Below, piece after piece: positions 38,305 to 47,770 of a stretch of 64,000 bases of DNA; position 1 is the stretch's first letter; each line of letters starts with the position of its first letter. Below the pieces are notes generated by a model. That model was not told the origin of the DNA and searched no databases. It saw only the letters and a list, made by a program, of their open reading frames with translations. The translations under genes were made by a program, and so were the position numbers. Source of the stretch: Nitrososphaerota archaeon (GTDB taxonomy: Archaea; Thermoproteota; Nitrososphaeria; Nitrososphaerales; Nitrosopumilaceae); NCBI GenBank assembly GCA_028867755.1, contig JAGWFT010000001.1:228727-292726 (forward strand), written 5' to 3'.

Positions 38305-39287
38305 CAAGTAAAGCAATAACAATAGGAATACTATTCAAGGTCGAGGTAGGCAATGTTAATGCCGGGTGGACGGAAGGTGTAGTAACCATAATGAAAAAAG
38401 TTGAGCTTCCTGATGGTAATTCTCATCCATATATTTCCGGCCAAGCCATGCGAAGATATATGCGAGATACTATGCAGGATATAATAACTGGAACATCAGA
38501 ACAAATGTCTCCATCAGATCAGGCTAAAGACAAACGAGGAAAATCGCCAATCACTACCCTTGGTGATCCTAGGAAATATATCGATGATGATCTTTTCGGA
38601 TTTATGAGGGCAGTAAAAAAAGATCGGAAAGAAAAGGGTAAGGAAAAAGATGAAGAGTCTGAAATCGGTTCTACTCGAAAACGAACATCTCCATTAAGAG
38701 TATCTGCTGCATTTGGTTTTTTCAAATTTACTGGAAACAGAGATTTGGGAACAAAAAGTTCCATAGAGCATTCAGGTTCGGCTGAATCTGGCGGATCAAT
38801 TTTTGAAACTGAGATCACTAACAACATTTTCAAAAATAATCTCATGCTTGAATTAGATCGAGTTGGTGTATGGAAAGATTATGAAACAACAGATGAAGAG
38901 GGAGAGGGAAGTCTTTCGGAAATTCAAAGAAAAGAGAGAATAAAGATTATGATTAAATCGCTCAAATATCTATGGGGAGGCGGAAGACAAAGTAGATTCC
39001 TTGTTGATTTGACCCCACAATTTATCATTTATGCGAGAATGTCTAAGAAGGTTCCAATTTTTCTAAATTCTCTAAATATTACATATGAAAATTCCCAATA
39101 TTATCTAGGCTCTGCGATACAAGAGGCCCTCAAAGACTATGAACAAGACATTGAGAATGTAATTATCGGGTCCAGAGATGGATTTTTAAAAAATGTTAAT
39201 AATTTAGAAAACAATGGAAGAGCAGTACAAACCATAGGGAATGCAATAGATATGATGATAAAAGACATTGACACAGCAAAAATCTGA
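38301..39287 (+). CDS. cas7: Cas7 (Cst2/DevR) backbone subunit
   Basis: YISGQAMRRYMR, DDDLFGFM, RTSPLRVS and IFETE motifs. Confidence 0.93.
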   Translation: MTSKAITIGILFKVEVGNVNAGWTEGVVTIMKKVELPDGNSHPYISGQAMRRYMRDTMQDIITGTSEQMSPSDQAKDKRGKSPITTLGDPRKYIDDDLFGFMRAVKKDRKEKGKEKDEESEIGSTRKRTSPLRVSAAFGFFKFTGNRDLGTKSSIEHSGSAESGGSIFETEITNNIFKNNLMLELDRVGVWKDYETTDEEGEGSLSEIQRKERIKIMIKSLKYLWGGGRQSRFLVDLTPQFIIYARMSKKVPIFLNSLNITYENSQYYLGSAIQEALKDYEQDIENVIIGSRDGFLKNVNNLENNGRAVQTIGNAIDMMIKDIDTAKI

Positions 39288-40011
39288 AACTAATCAGAAA
39301 AATATACAAGCAGTTTGTCTTACTGTGAGAGGAGATTTTAATTCATATAGAATTTCTACAAATATAAAATATCAACGGAGTTATATTATTCCTACAAAAA
39401 CAACTCTAATTGGTATGCTTGGTGCTGCGCTTGGGATACAAAATAAAGAACTCGAAATTCTTTTTAAAACAGTCAAGACTAACGCTGTTTTAATTTCACT
39501 TATGGGCCGTGCAAAAGATCTATGGCTTGTAAGTAAACTAAAAGTAGATGGTAATCATGAAAAATCTCCAATAATGAGAGAAGTTCTGGTCAATCCAGTA
39601 TACATGATCTACTATCAGGCAGATAACGACATGATTTTAAAAATTATTGATGCGTTAAAAGATCCAAAATTTGTACTTAGTCTTGGTAGGTCTGATGAAA
39701 TGATAGAAATAAAAGAAATCCAAACACTAAAACTGACCGAAACAAAAGGTATAGCCAGTTTTAAAAATACAATTATTCCATTCAATTATAGAAGTCTCTT
39801 TCTTGCCTATGAAACTATGCCTGTACAAAGAGGAACAACCATGGAATTGCCAGAAGTGATTAACATACCTGTTTCTTTTGAATACGATTCAGCTGGCAGA
39901 AGAAAAGTAAGTGAGTCAAAAGATGTTACTATTATTTATGAACTTGGTATAAAATTAAAAGATTCGTCTGGAGCGTGGAGTGATGGAAAACGAAATCTAT
40001 TCCTTTACTAA
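39268..40011 (+). CDS. cas5: Cas5
   Basis: N-terminal RAMP motif (SY…SYIIPTKTTLIGMLGAALG), LSLGRSDE. Confidence 0.93.
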   Translation: MTQQKSETNQKNIQAVCLTVRGDFNSYRISTNIKYQRSYIIPTKTTLIGMLGAALGIQNKELEILFKTVKTNAVLISLMGRAKDLWLVSKLKVDGNHEKSPIMREVLVNPVYMIYYQADNDMILKIIDALKDPKFVLSLGRSDEMIEIKEIQTLKLTETKGIASFKNTIIPFNYRSLFLAYETMPVQRGTTMELPEVINIPVSFEYDSAGRRKVSESKDVTIIYELGIKLKDSSGAWSDGKRNLFLY

Positions 40012-42199
40012 AATTCTTGCAAAATCTGAACCAGAAGAGACTCTTGAGGAACACATAGAAAATGTACTCAAATTTCTCATCAAATTCATAAAATGGAAGA
40101 AAAAAGAAATAAAAAAAATATCTGAAATTACCGGCTTGCACAGAACTGAAATTCAAGGAAGATTATTTGCAACAGCATATTTACATGATATTGGAAAATG
40201 TAGCAATTCATTTCAGAGATTTATAAGAAAGGAACAATCTAACCGCTTTCCTCACGCTCTTTTAGGACTTCCCTTTATCATATCTGCAGTAGATCCGTTG
40301 TCAGTAGAAGATACAACAATTTATCCTGAAGCAATTTCAGTAATGTCCCATCATACTCCGTTTTATGATGGTCTTTACGCGTATGAAAAAGATAACCCAC
40401 CTAATAAATTTTTAATTATAAATAAAGCACTTGAATTTTATAATAAAATCGAACAATCATATTCCAATATATTCAAAGAAAAATATCCATTTCAATTAGG
40501 TAACCCAGATCTAGACTCATCGTTGTCTACCCTCTTGGAAAAAATCAAAAACCCTCTAAAATTTAATCGGCCCACACATCTTAGGGAAATTCATTCTTTT
40601 TTCGTGAATTTTTTGCATACTGTAGATTGGCTTGGTAGTGGAAAAACGTTTGATTATCAGTATTCGGTAAAAAGCATTTCCGAGAAGATTGCAAATGAAT
40701 TGAAACAAAAAAAAAGTTTGACTTCTTGGAATGAAATTCAAATTAAAGCATCACATACGTATGGCAATTTGCTTCTTTGTGCCCCCACTGGTCAGGGGAA
40801 AACAGAAGCTGCACTATTATGGGCTGATAGAAATATGTATCATGATAAGATAATTTATCTATTACCTACGCGGGTTACAACGAATGCACTCTATAAGAGA
40901 TTAAAATTCCTTGGAGATTCTGTTGGTGTATCACATGGAACTTCAGCTTTAATTATTGCAGAGGAAGAACAATGGAATAACAAAAGAATTATGGCAAGAA
41001 GATTACGTTCTGGTTCTTTTATGGAACCAATTACTGTTGCAACGGTTGACCAGTTATTATTACCACATTTTAATTGGAAGTATTGGGAAATGATTGAACA
41101 AAATGCATCTAACGCTGCAATCGTCTTAGATGAAATTCATGCATATGATTACTACACTCTAGCTTTGATCACTGAGATGATCAAAAAATTTCCACGGAGT
41201 CGTTTTGCTTATCTCTCAGCCACTTTACCAAAGTATATTCAAAATCATCTTACTAACTTGCATGAAGAAAAAATTACCACTATTGTGGACTATGAACATC
41301 TTGATTTATCAAGACATAACATACAATTTATCGAGACTACTATTGATAATTCAGTTGACGAAGTAAAACAATATTACAAAGAAGGTAAGAAGGTGTTGAT
41401 CATATTAAACACTGTCAAAGAAGCAACTCGATTTTACAAGAATTTTTTAGATCTTAATTCCATACTTTATCATTCTAGATTCATAGAGAAAGACAGACGC
41501 AAGAAAGAAGAATTAATTGAAGAAGCAAATGACAAAAACAAAGGTTGTATCGTTGTTGCTACACAGGTAGTAGAGGTCAGTCTTGATATCGATTTTGATA
41601 TTCTTTTCACTCAGATTGCACCACTGGACGCTCTGATTCAACGTTTAGGGAGAGTGAATAGAAAAGGTAAAAAATCCACAGATATTACTAACGTGAAAAT
41701 ATATGATTTTGGTGAATTTGATTATATGGTATATGGACTAGATAATCTACAAAATGCAAGAGAAATTGCGTCTACATGGTTTTCTGTTAAACATAGATTG
41801 AAAGAAAATGAAATTCAGGATTTAATAGAATGGCAATATCCACAAGAAAAAACCTCTGCTAGTTTTCTAGAAGAATGGGATAGAGTTCACGAGGATCTAG
41901 AATGGTTTAGAAATCAATTATGGGATATTCAAACTCTTCGAATGAAAGATGATATGAAGGTACTTATGAAGTTAGCAAAAACCAGACAAGATAAATTTCC
42001 TGAAATTGCTGTAATTCCTGAAATGTTCAAAGATGAAGTTAATCTCTTGCAGCCGAGTAGAAAACTTCAAGTTATTGAATATCTAGTCAAGGTACCATTT
42101 TCTCAGTTCAAGAACGGTATTAGGCCTGCAAAAGATGATTCTGATCTAGTCTTTTGTAAAATGGATTATAGCTTTGAATATGGTGCTGACGCGCTTTGA
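39980..42199 (+). CDS. cas3: Cas3 helicase with N-terminal HD nuclease
   Basis: LHDIGK, APTGQGKT, DEIH, SAT, ATQVVEVSLDID and QRLGRVNR motifs. Confidence 0.96.
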   Translation: MMENEIYSFTKILAKSEPEETLEEHIENVLKFLIKFIKWKKKEIKKISEITGLHRTEIQGRLFATAYLHDIGKCSNSFQRFIRKEQSNRFPHALLGLPFIISAVDPLSVEDTTIYPEAISVMSHHTPFYDGLYAYEKDNPPNKFLIINKALEFYNKIEQSYSNIFKEKYPFQLGNPDLDSSLSTLLEKIKNPLKFNRPTHLREIHSFFVNFLHTVDWLGSGKTFDYQYSVKSISEKIANELKQKKSLTSWNEIQIKASHTYGNLLLCAPTGQGKTEAALLWADRNMYHDKIIYLLPTRVTTNALYKRLKFLGDSVGVSHGTSALIIAEEEQWNNKRIMARRLRSGSFMEPITVATVDQLLLPHFNWKYWEMIEQNASNAAIVLDEIHAYDYYTLALITEMIKKFPRSRFAYLSATLPKYIQNHLTNLHEEKITTIVDYEHLDLSRHNIQFIETTIDNSVDEVKQYYKEGKKVLIILNTVKEATRFYKNFLDLNSILYHSRFIEKDRRKKEELIEEANDKNKGCIVVATQVVEVSLDIDFDILFTQIAPLDALIQRLGRVNRKGKKSTDITNVKIYDFGEFDYMVYGLDNLQNAREIASTWFSVKHRLKENEIQDLIEWQYPQEKTSASFLEEWDRVHEDLEWFRNQLWDIQTLRMKDDMKVLMKLAKTRQDKFPEIAVIPEMFKDEVNLLQPSRKLQVIEYLVKVPFSQFKNGIRPAKDDSDLVFCKMDYSFEYGADAL

Positions 42200-42215
42200 A
42201 TCACCATATTGTTCA

Positions 42216-42236
42216 GTTTGAATCGAACTATTGTAG
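42216..42236 (+). repeat. Inverted partial CRISPR repeat (21 of 30 nt)
   Basis: GTTTGAATCGAACTATTGTAG is the exact reverse complement of nt 10-30 of the + strand array repeat. Confidence 0.92.
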
Positions 42237-42263
42237 CCTCATTCACTAATTTTTCAATTATAT

Positions 42264-44675
42264 CTTTCAATCCTACAATAGTTCGATTCAAACATGTTTG
42301 ACCCAACTGTTTTAATCGTTTGTGTAGCAGTCTTTCAATCCTACAATAGTTCGATTCAAACAGGTTTTGTTAGATCATGTGTAGTTTTTGGTATTGTCTT
42401 TCAATCCTACAATAGTTCGATTCAAACCAGAGTAAACGTATATCTGTGTTCTTGTTTCTGCATCCTTTCAATCCTACAATAGTTCGATTCAAACTGCATC
42501 CTGGAACTGGAACAAGTTTGGCTATGACAGACTTTCAATCCTACAATAGTTCGATTCAAACTTTGCAGATGACACCAACGAATCAGCACTCTTGATCCTT
42601 TCAATCCTACAATAGTTCGATTCAAACATTGAGAAAATTCGTATGGAGCTAGAATCATCTATCCTTTCAATCCTACAATAGTTCGATTCAAACCGTTGAC
42701 ACAACTTTTTGCAACAGATGTTTTGAGCACTTTCAATCCTACAATAGTTCGATTCAAACCTCGGAGATGCCTTCGTAGGCATTGGTATGCTAATCTTTCA
42801 ATCCTACAATAGTTCGATTCAAACATGGTAGATTATTTCTGGCCGTTGCAATTGTAATCGCCTTTCAATCCTACAATAGTTCGATTCAAACCCATATCCA
42901 GTTAATCTAACCATTAATGACAATCTACTTTCAATCCTACAATAGTTCGATTCAAACACATATTCAAAAGGCCAACTGAGACAGTCATAAAGACTTTCAA
43001 TCCTACAATAGTTCGATTCAAACTCAATATACGCATATCACCACGAATTAAAGAAGATACTTTCAATCCTACAATAGTTCGATTCAAACGTGTCACCAAA
43101 ATCTCCTGGTGCATTAATGCAAGAGACTTTCAATCCTACAATAGTTCGATTCAAACTGGTGAAAAATTCACAAACACAATGACAGAAAGATACTTTCAAT
43201 CCTACAATAGTTCGATTCAAACTGGCTCGTTTGCTCCAGGAAGAGAATTGGTATGTAGCTTTCAATCCTACAATAGTTCGATTCAAACACATCTTGACAT
43301 TAACAGAACTAAACTCAAGATCAACTTTCAATCCTACAATAGTTCGATTCAAACATTTACATTCCAGCAAAACTAGAAAAGAAAGTTGTCCTTTCAATCC
43401 TACAATAGTTCGATTCAAACAATTATTGTAATGTTCTTTCTGTATGGATTAGTAACCTTTCAATCCTACAATAGTTCGATTCAAACAACTCCAGCTGGCT
43501 GGCGTCCCACAAGATGGAGCCACTTTCAATCCTACAATAGTTCGATTCAAACATGATTGTCTTATTTGTCGGCCTGCAACTACCACTTTCAATCCTACAA
43601 TAGTTCGATTCAAACTGCCTTTTGGAGAAATGAAAGATTTGACATAGTTAACTTTCAATCCTACAATAGTTCGATTCAAACTTTGACAAGAACCCTCCAG
43701 TCTCCATCCTTGGGATACTTTCAATCCTACAATAGTTCGATTCAAACGGCAATATATGTAAGCATTGTATTGCCTTTATCACTCTTTCAATCCTACAATA
43801 GTTCGATTCAAACTCTAATCATTGGCTCTTTTTTCCATTTTATGACTAGCTTTCAATCCTACAATAGTTCGATTCAAACTACTGTGATGTCCGAGAATCT
43901 TCCAAGTCTGACCTGTCTTTCAATCCTACAATAGTTCGATTCAAACCTGTGTTGTTACAGATCCAACAAACGGTCTCTGCTACTTTCAATCCTACAATAG
44001 TTCGATTCAAACGAGATTGTACTTCATTTTTACACTTGTCTCGATATACTTTCAATCCTACAATAGTTCGATTCAAACCTAGTGCAGGCTTTGTTTTCCA
44101 TCCCTTGTTACCATCTTTCAATCCTACAATAGTTCGATTCAAACCAGCTACTGCATTTACTGTACCCTCGTTTGGTGTTATCTTTCAATCCTACAATAGT
44201 TCGATTCAAACTCTATTCTCCCTAGCTCTTTTAGCAACCTTATCTTTCTTTCAATCCTACAATAGTTCGATTCAAACTGGAGTAGGGGCTGGAGTAGGTG
44301 ATGGTGATGGTATCTTTCAATCCTACAATAGTTCGATTCAAACAGGATTACCAGCAGTCAGAAAGATTTGCCATGTACACTTTCAATCCTACAATAGTTC
44401 GATTCAAACGTCTTTACTACATAATAGAAGACAGTTTCCGATGAATCTTTCAATCCTACAATAGTTCGATTCAAACTATCGAATTTCTTCGAATCCTTGT
44501 TGTATTTGAACCACTTTCAATCCTACAATAGTTCGATTCAAACAATATATTGTGTCATATTTTTATTATTTTTACTGATCTTTCAATCCTACAATAGTTC
44601 GATTCAAACTTATTCTAATATGATGTTGTCGAGGTGTTCGAATCCCTTTCAATCCTACAATAGTTCGATTCAAAC
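42264..44675 (-). CRISPR. CRISPR array: 37 identical 30-nt repeats (GTTTGAATCGAACTATTGTAGGATTGAAAG as transcribed), 36 spacers of 33-38 nt
   Basis: Repeats counted one by one; spacer lengths sum correctly to the span; ATTGAAAG 3' handle and right-side leader indicate minus-strand transcription. Confidence 0.98.
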
Positions 44676-44860
44676 CGCCAGTTTTTTCAACGGATTTATG
44701 CATACTTTAATCGATAAGCCCTTTTAGTTTTTCGGCAACCTCCAATAGTGCAGTCTACTTATAAAAGCAACTTTTCAAGCGCGTAATGCATCACAGTTAA
44801 TAATCTAGTCAGCAATTTGTCACCCATCATTCTATAGTTTTTTTATAACATATTGAATAA
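44676..44860 (-). promoter_or_regulatory. CRISPR leader / divergent promoter region shared with cas4
   Basis: AT-rich non-coding 185 nt next to the terminal repeat, TATA-like TTATAAAAG near 44759. Confidence 0.7.
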
Positions 44861-45370
44861 TTGGAGGCGTTCACAGATGCAGGCCTGACCCATACTGGCT
44901 CTGAGATTAACTATTATTTTGTATGCAAAAGAAAACTCTGGCTTTTTTCTCATAACATAGAATTAGAGTCTGATTCTGATCTTGTGCTGCAAGGTAAACT
45001 TTTGCATGAACACAGCTACAAAAGGAAATTAAAAGAGATTGCAATTGACAAGATAAAGATCGATTTCATAGAGAAAACAAATGAAGTGCATGAAATAAAA
45101 CGTTCAAGAAAAATAGAGGATGCTCATGTGTATCAGCTGCTATACTATCTGTACTATCTCAAAAAATATGCCGGACTTGACACAAAGGGAGTCCTTAACT
45201 ATCCGTTGCTTAAAAAAACTGTAAAGGTAGAGCTAACTCCACAAAAAGAAAGAGAGCTGCAAAAGATAATTCAGAAAATAGATCAGATAACAGAACTTGT
45301 AAAACCTCCAGAGGCAAAATGGATATCATACTGCAAGAGTTGTGCATATAGTGAGATGTGCTGGGGATGA
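44861..45370 (+). CDS. cas4: Cas4 exonuclease
   Basis: YYFVCKRKLW, RecB-like IDF…EIKRS, QLLYYLY, terminal CKSCAYSEMC. Confidence 0.95.
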   Translation: MEAFTDAGLTHTGSEINYYFVCKRKLWLFSHNIELESDSDLVLQGKLLHEHSYKRKLKEIAIDKIKIDFIEKTNEVHEIKRSRKIEDAHVYQLLYYLYYLKKYAGLDTKGVLNYPLLKKTVKVELTPQKERELQKIIQKIDQITELVKPPEAKWISYCKSCAYSEMCWG

Positions 45371-46353
45371 AAGATTACTATGTATTTAAAAATGGAAGAT
45401 TGCGCAGAAGCGAAAACACCATAAAATTAGAATCATCAACAGGAGAGAAAAAATCTCTTCCCATACATGATATCTATTCCATACATCTGTTTGGCGAGAC
45501 TGATCTTAACACAAAACTGATTGTATTTCTAAACCAGCACGGAATCCCGCTACACTTTTACAATTATTATGGATATTATTCAGGAAGTTTTTATCCGCGA
45601 GAAAAACTACTCTCCGGATTTCTTATCGTAAAGCAAGTACAGCATTATCTTGATTCTCACAAGAGGCTGGAAATTGCAAAAGAATTTGTCAGAACATCTA
45701 TACATAACATTCTCTCGAATTTACAACAATACAGCAAGAGAGGCAAAGACATGGGCGAATTCATCTCAAGAATTAAAGGTGAATCTGAGGCCATTGAGGG
45801 AGTAACCAATATTCCAGAACTTATGGGAGTAGAAGGCAGATCAAGGCAGGCATACTTCTCCTCCTTTGATTCATTTTTAAGAAAGGGATTCGAGTTTGAA
45901 AAAAGAACCAAGCTTCCTCCCCAGAACATGCTTAATAGCCTGATATCATTTGGAAATTCTTTGCTTTATGCTACAATACTTACAGAAATCTACCATACGC
46001 AGCTCACGCCAACTATAAGTTATCTTCACGAACCAGGCGAGAGGAGATACTCTCTTTCTCTTGATATAAGTGAGATATTCAAACCTATCATAGTAGACAG
46101 GGTCATCTTTAATCTTATCAATAACAGAATCATAAAACCAGAACACTTTGACAACAAGCTAAAAGCCAGTTTTCTAAACGAACAAGGAAGAAAGATCTTT
46201 GTATCTGAATACAAGAAGAAGCTTGAAACTACAGTTCACAATACCACCTTAAAGAGAAATATCAGCTATCAGCGCCTGATAAGAATAGAATGCTTCAAGC
46301 TAATCAAACACATACTTGATGAACGAGCCTACAAAGGCCTTAGGAGCAAATGA
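45358..46353 (+). CDS. cas1: Cas1 integrase (type I-B)
   Basis: MGVEG, NSLISFGN, SYLHEP and LSLDISEIFKP motifs. Confidence 0.97.
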   Translation: MLGMKDYYVFKNGRLRRSENTIKLESSTGEKKSLPIHDIYSIHLFGETDLNTKLIVFLNQHGIPLHFYNYYGYYSGSFYPREKLLSGFLIVKQVQHYLDSHKRLEIAKEFVRTSIHNILSNLQQYSKRGKDMGEFISRIKGESEAIEGVTNIPELMGVEGRSRQAYFSSFDSFLRKGFEFEKRTKLPPQNMLNSLISFGNSLLYATILTEIYHTQLTPTISYLHEPGERRYSLSLDISEIFKPIIVDRVIFNLINNRIIKPEHFDNKLKASFLNEQGRKIFVSEYKKKLETTVHNTTLKRNISYQRLIRIECFKLIKHILDERAYKGLRSK

Positions 46354-46617
46354 ATGTACGTGATTATTGTTTATGATATCGAGGTGGAAAGAATTGATGC
46401 GGTCAGGCATATATTAAAACAATATCTGACGTGGATACAAAACTCTGTCTTTGAAGGAGAGATAACAGAGGGTCATCTTGAAGAATTAGGATTCAAGCTG
46501 TTTGAGCTCATAGAGAAAGAAAAGGATTCTATAATTGTTTATTCAATAAATAATCCATCGTGGATAAAAAAAAGAGTCTGGGGCAAAGAAAAGAATATGA
46601 CAACAAATATTTTGTAG
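46354..46617 (+). CDS. cas2: Cas2
   Basis: VIIVYDI and WIQNSVFEG motifs. Confidence 0.96.
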   Translation: MYVIIVYDIEVERIDAVRHILKQYLTWIQNSVFEGEITEGHLEELGFKLFELIEKEKDSIIVYSINNPSWIKKRVWGKEKNMTTNIL

Positions 46618-46878
46618 ATATACAAACATTAGGTTGAACTACACGTAATAGCCTTTTCAACATAAAGCATTCATCAAAACAAGGATTGAAACATGTCTAA
46701 TAACAATTAAACAACGATGAAAATGTGGGGATGCTTCCAAAAGGAAGCCACCTGAACACGGTTATGAAGACAAACCGTGTAATCTGAGCTTGTCATTGTT
46801 TTTCTGATATAAAAGTTATACTCGAGATAGGTTTCCAGCATTCTATATAATTTAATTTGTAATTCTTTTGATAGTTTG

Positions 46879-47595
46879 TCAGAAACTTCTATGCAGCCTG
46901 TCCTCTTTTATTATTTTGTCGATCTTCTCTGCGGCCTTTTCTGAGACAGATAGCTTATCAAATAATGTCATGTATCGTTCCTCTTTTTTGTTGTCTTTCA
47001 TCCATTTATTCAATTTCATAGTAGCAAGGTCCCACACTTTTCTTGAAGATTCTGTCATACGTGTATAGGTATACAGCACCTTACAATCAATATCATATAC
47101 CATTCGCTCTAGTGCTAGCTTTTCTTGAAAGGACTTTGTTTTGTCAAGCTGTTCACGTAGTCGAGATCTTTGTATCTCCAATCGTTCAATGTTAAGAATT
47201 ATGACTTCTTCGGGGTTGAAGATGTTGTAATTCCTGAAAATTTTTGAATACCAGTAATTGATATCCCCATTTATGGTATTCCGGTTTACTTTCATCAACT
47301 CTGAGATCTTTCTTGCAGAATAGCCGTATTCAAAATGCAGCTTGTACACTTCCTGCATTCTCTTGTCCCGCTCAAGCTTGGAATAAGGCCCACCTTCTTT
47401 CTTTACCGCCTTTTTAGAATCTGGTCTTCTGTTTTGTTCAATAAATTCGGAGATACCACCATCAGATGGTAAATTCAACGACTCTTCCAAAGCCAATTTG
47501 CATTCATTTTGTATGGATAAATAATAAACGCTGGTATAATACGGTAGAGCTACCGTATTATACTTTTGTTGACTCGACTGTTTATAACTAAACAA
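46879..47595 (-). CDS. HTH-containing coiled-coil protein
   Basis: GYSARKISELMKVNRNTINGDI HTH followed by a heptad region; true start probably TTG near 47490-47496. Confidence 0.7.
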   Translation of the reverse strand: MFSYKQSSQQKYNTVALPYYTSVYYLSIQNECKLALEESLNLPSDGGISEFIEQNRRPDSKKAVKKEGGPYSKLERDKRMQEVYKLHFEYGYSARKISELMKVNRNTINGDINYWYSKIFRNYNIFNPEEVIILNIERLEIQRSRLREQLDKTKSFQEKLALERMVYDIDCKVLYTYTRMTESSRKVWDLATMKLNKWMKDNKKEERYMTLFDKLSVSEKAAEKIDKIIKEDRLHRSF

Positions 47596-47770
47596 TCAGA
47601 ATTTGCTTCCGATTACTACAAAATGGCATAGTTTGGCATAGTCTAGTACCAGATTCCAATTTTAGAACTTGCTAATTACAAAATCTTGTTAAAATGATAT
47701 ATGCCAAAAAGTAACCAGTCTAAAAGATCACTAAAAGCATTTTAAGGATATTATAGTCAGGTATACTGAT

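Noticed and set aside
42294-44645. Self-targeting spacers, or spacers matching the tRNA-Val element
   Set aside because: No convincing match found by eye; a BLASTn-short of all 36 spacers is needed to exclude it properly
42294-44727. ORFs in the track across the CRISPR array (repeating FQSYNSSIQT / LNRTIVGLK / FNPTIVRFK)
   Set aside because: They are translations of the repeat-spacer units, not genes
47624-47642. TGGCATAGT tandem duplication near the right island border
   Set aside because: No counterpart at the left border, so not a target-site duplication; too short to interpret
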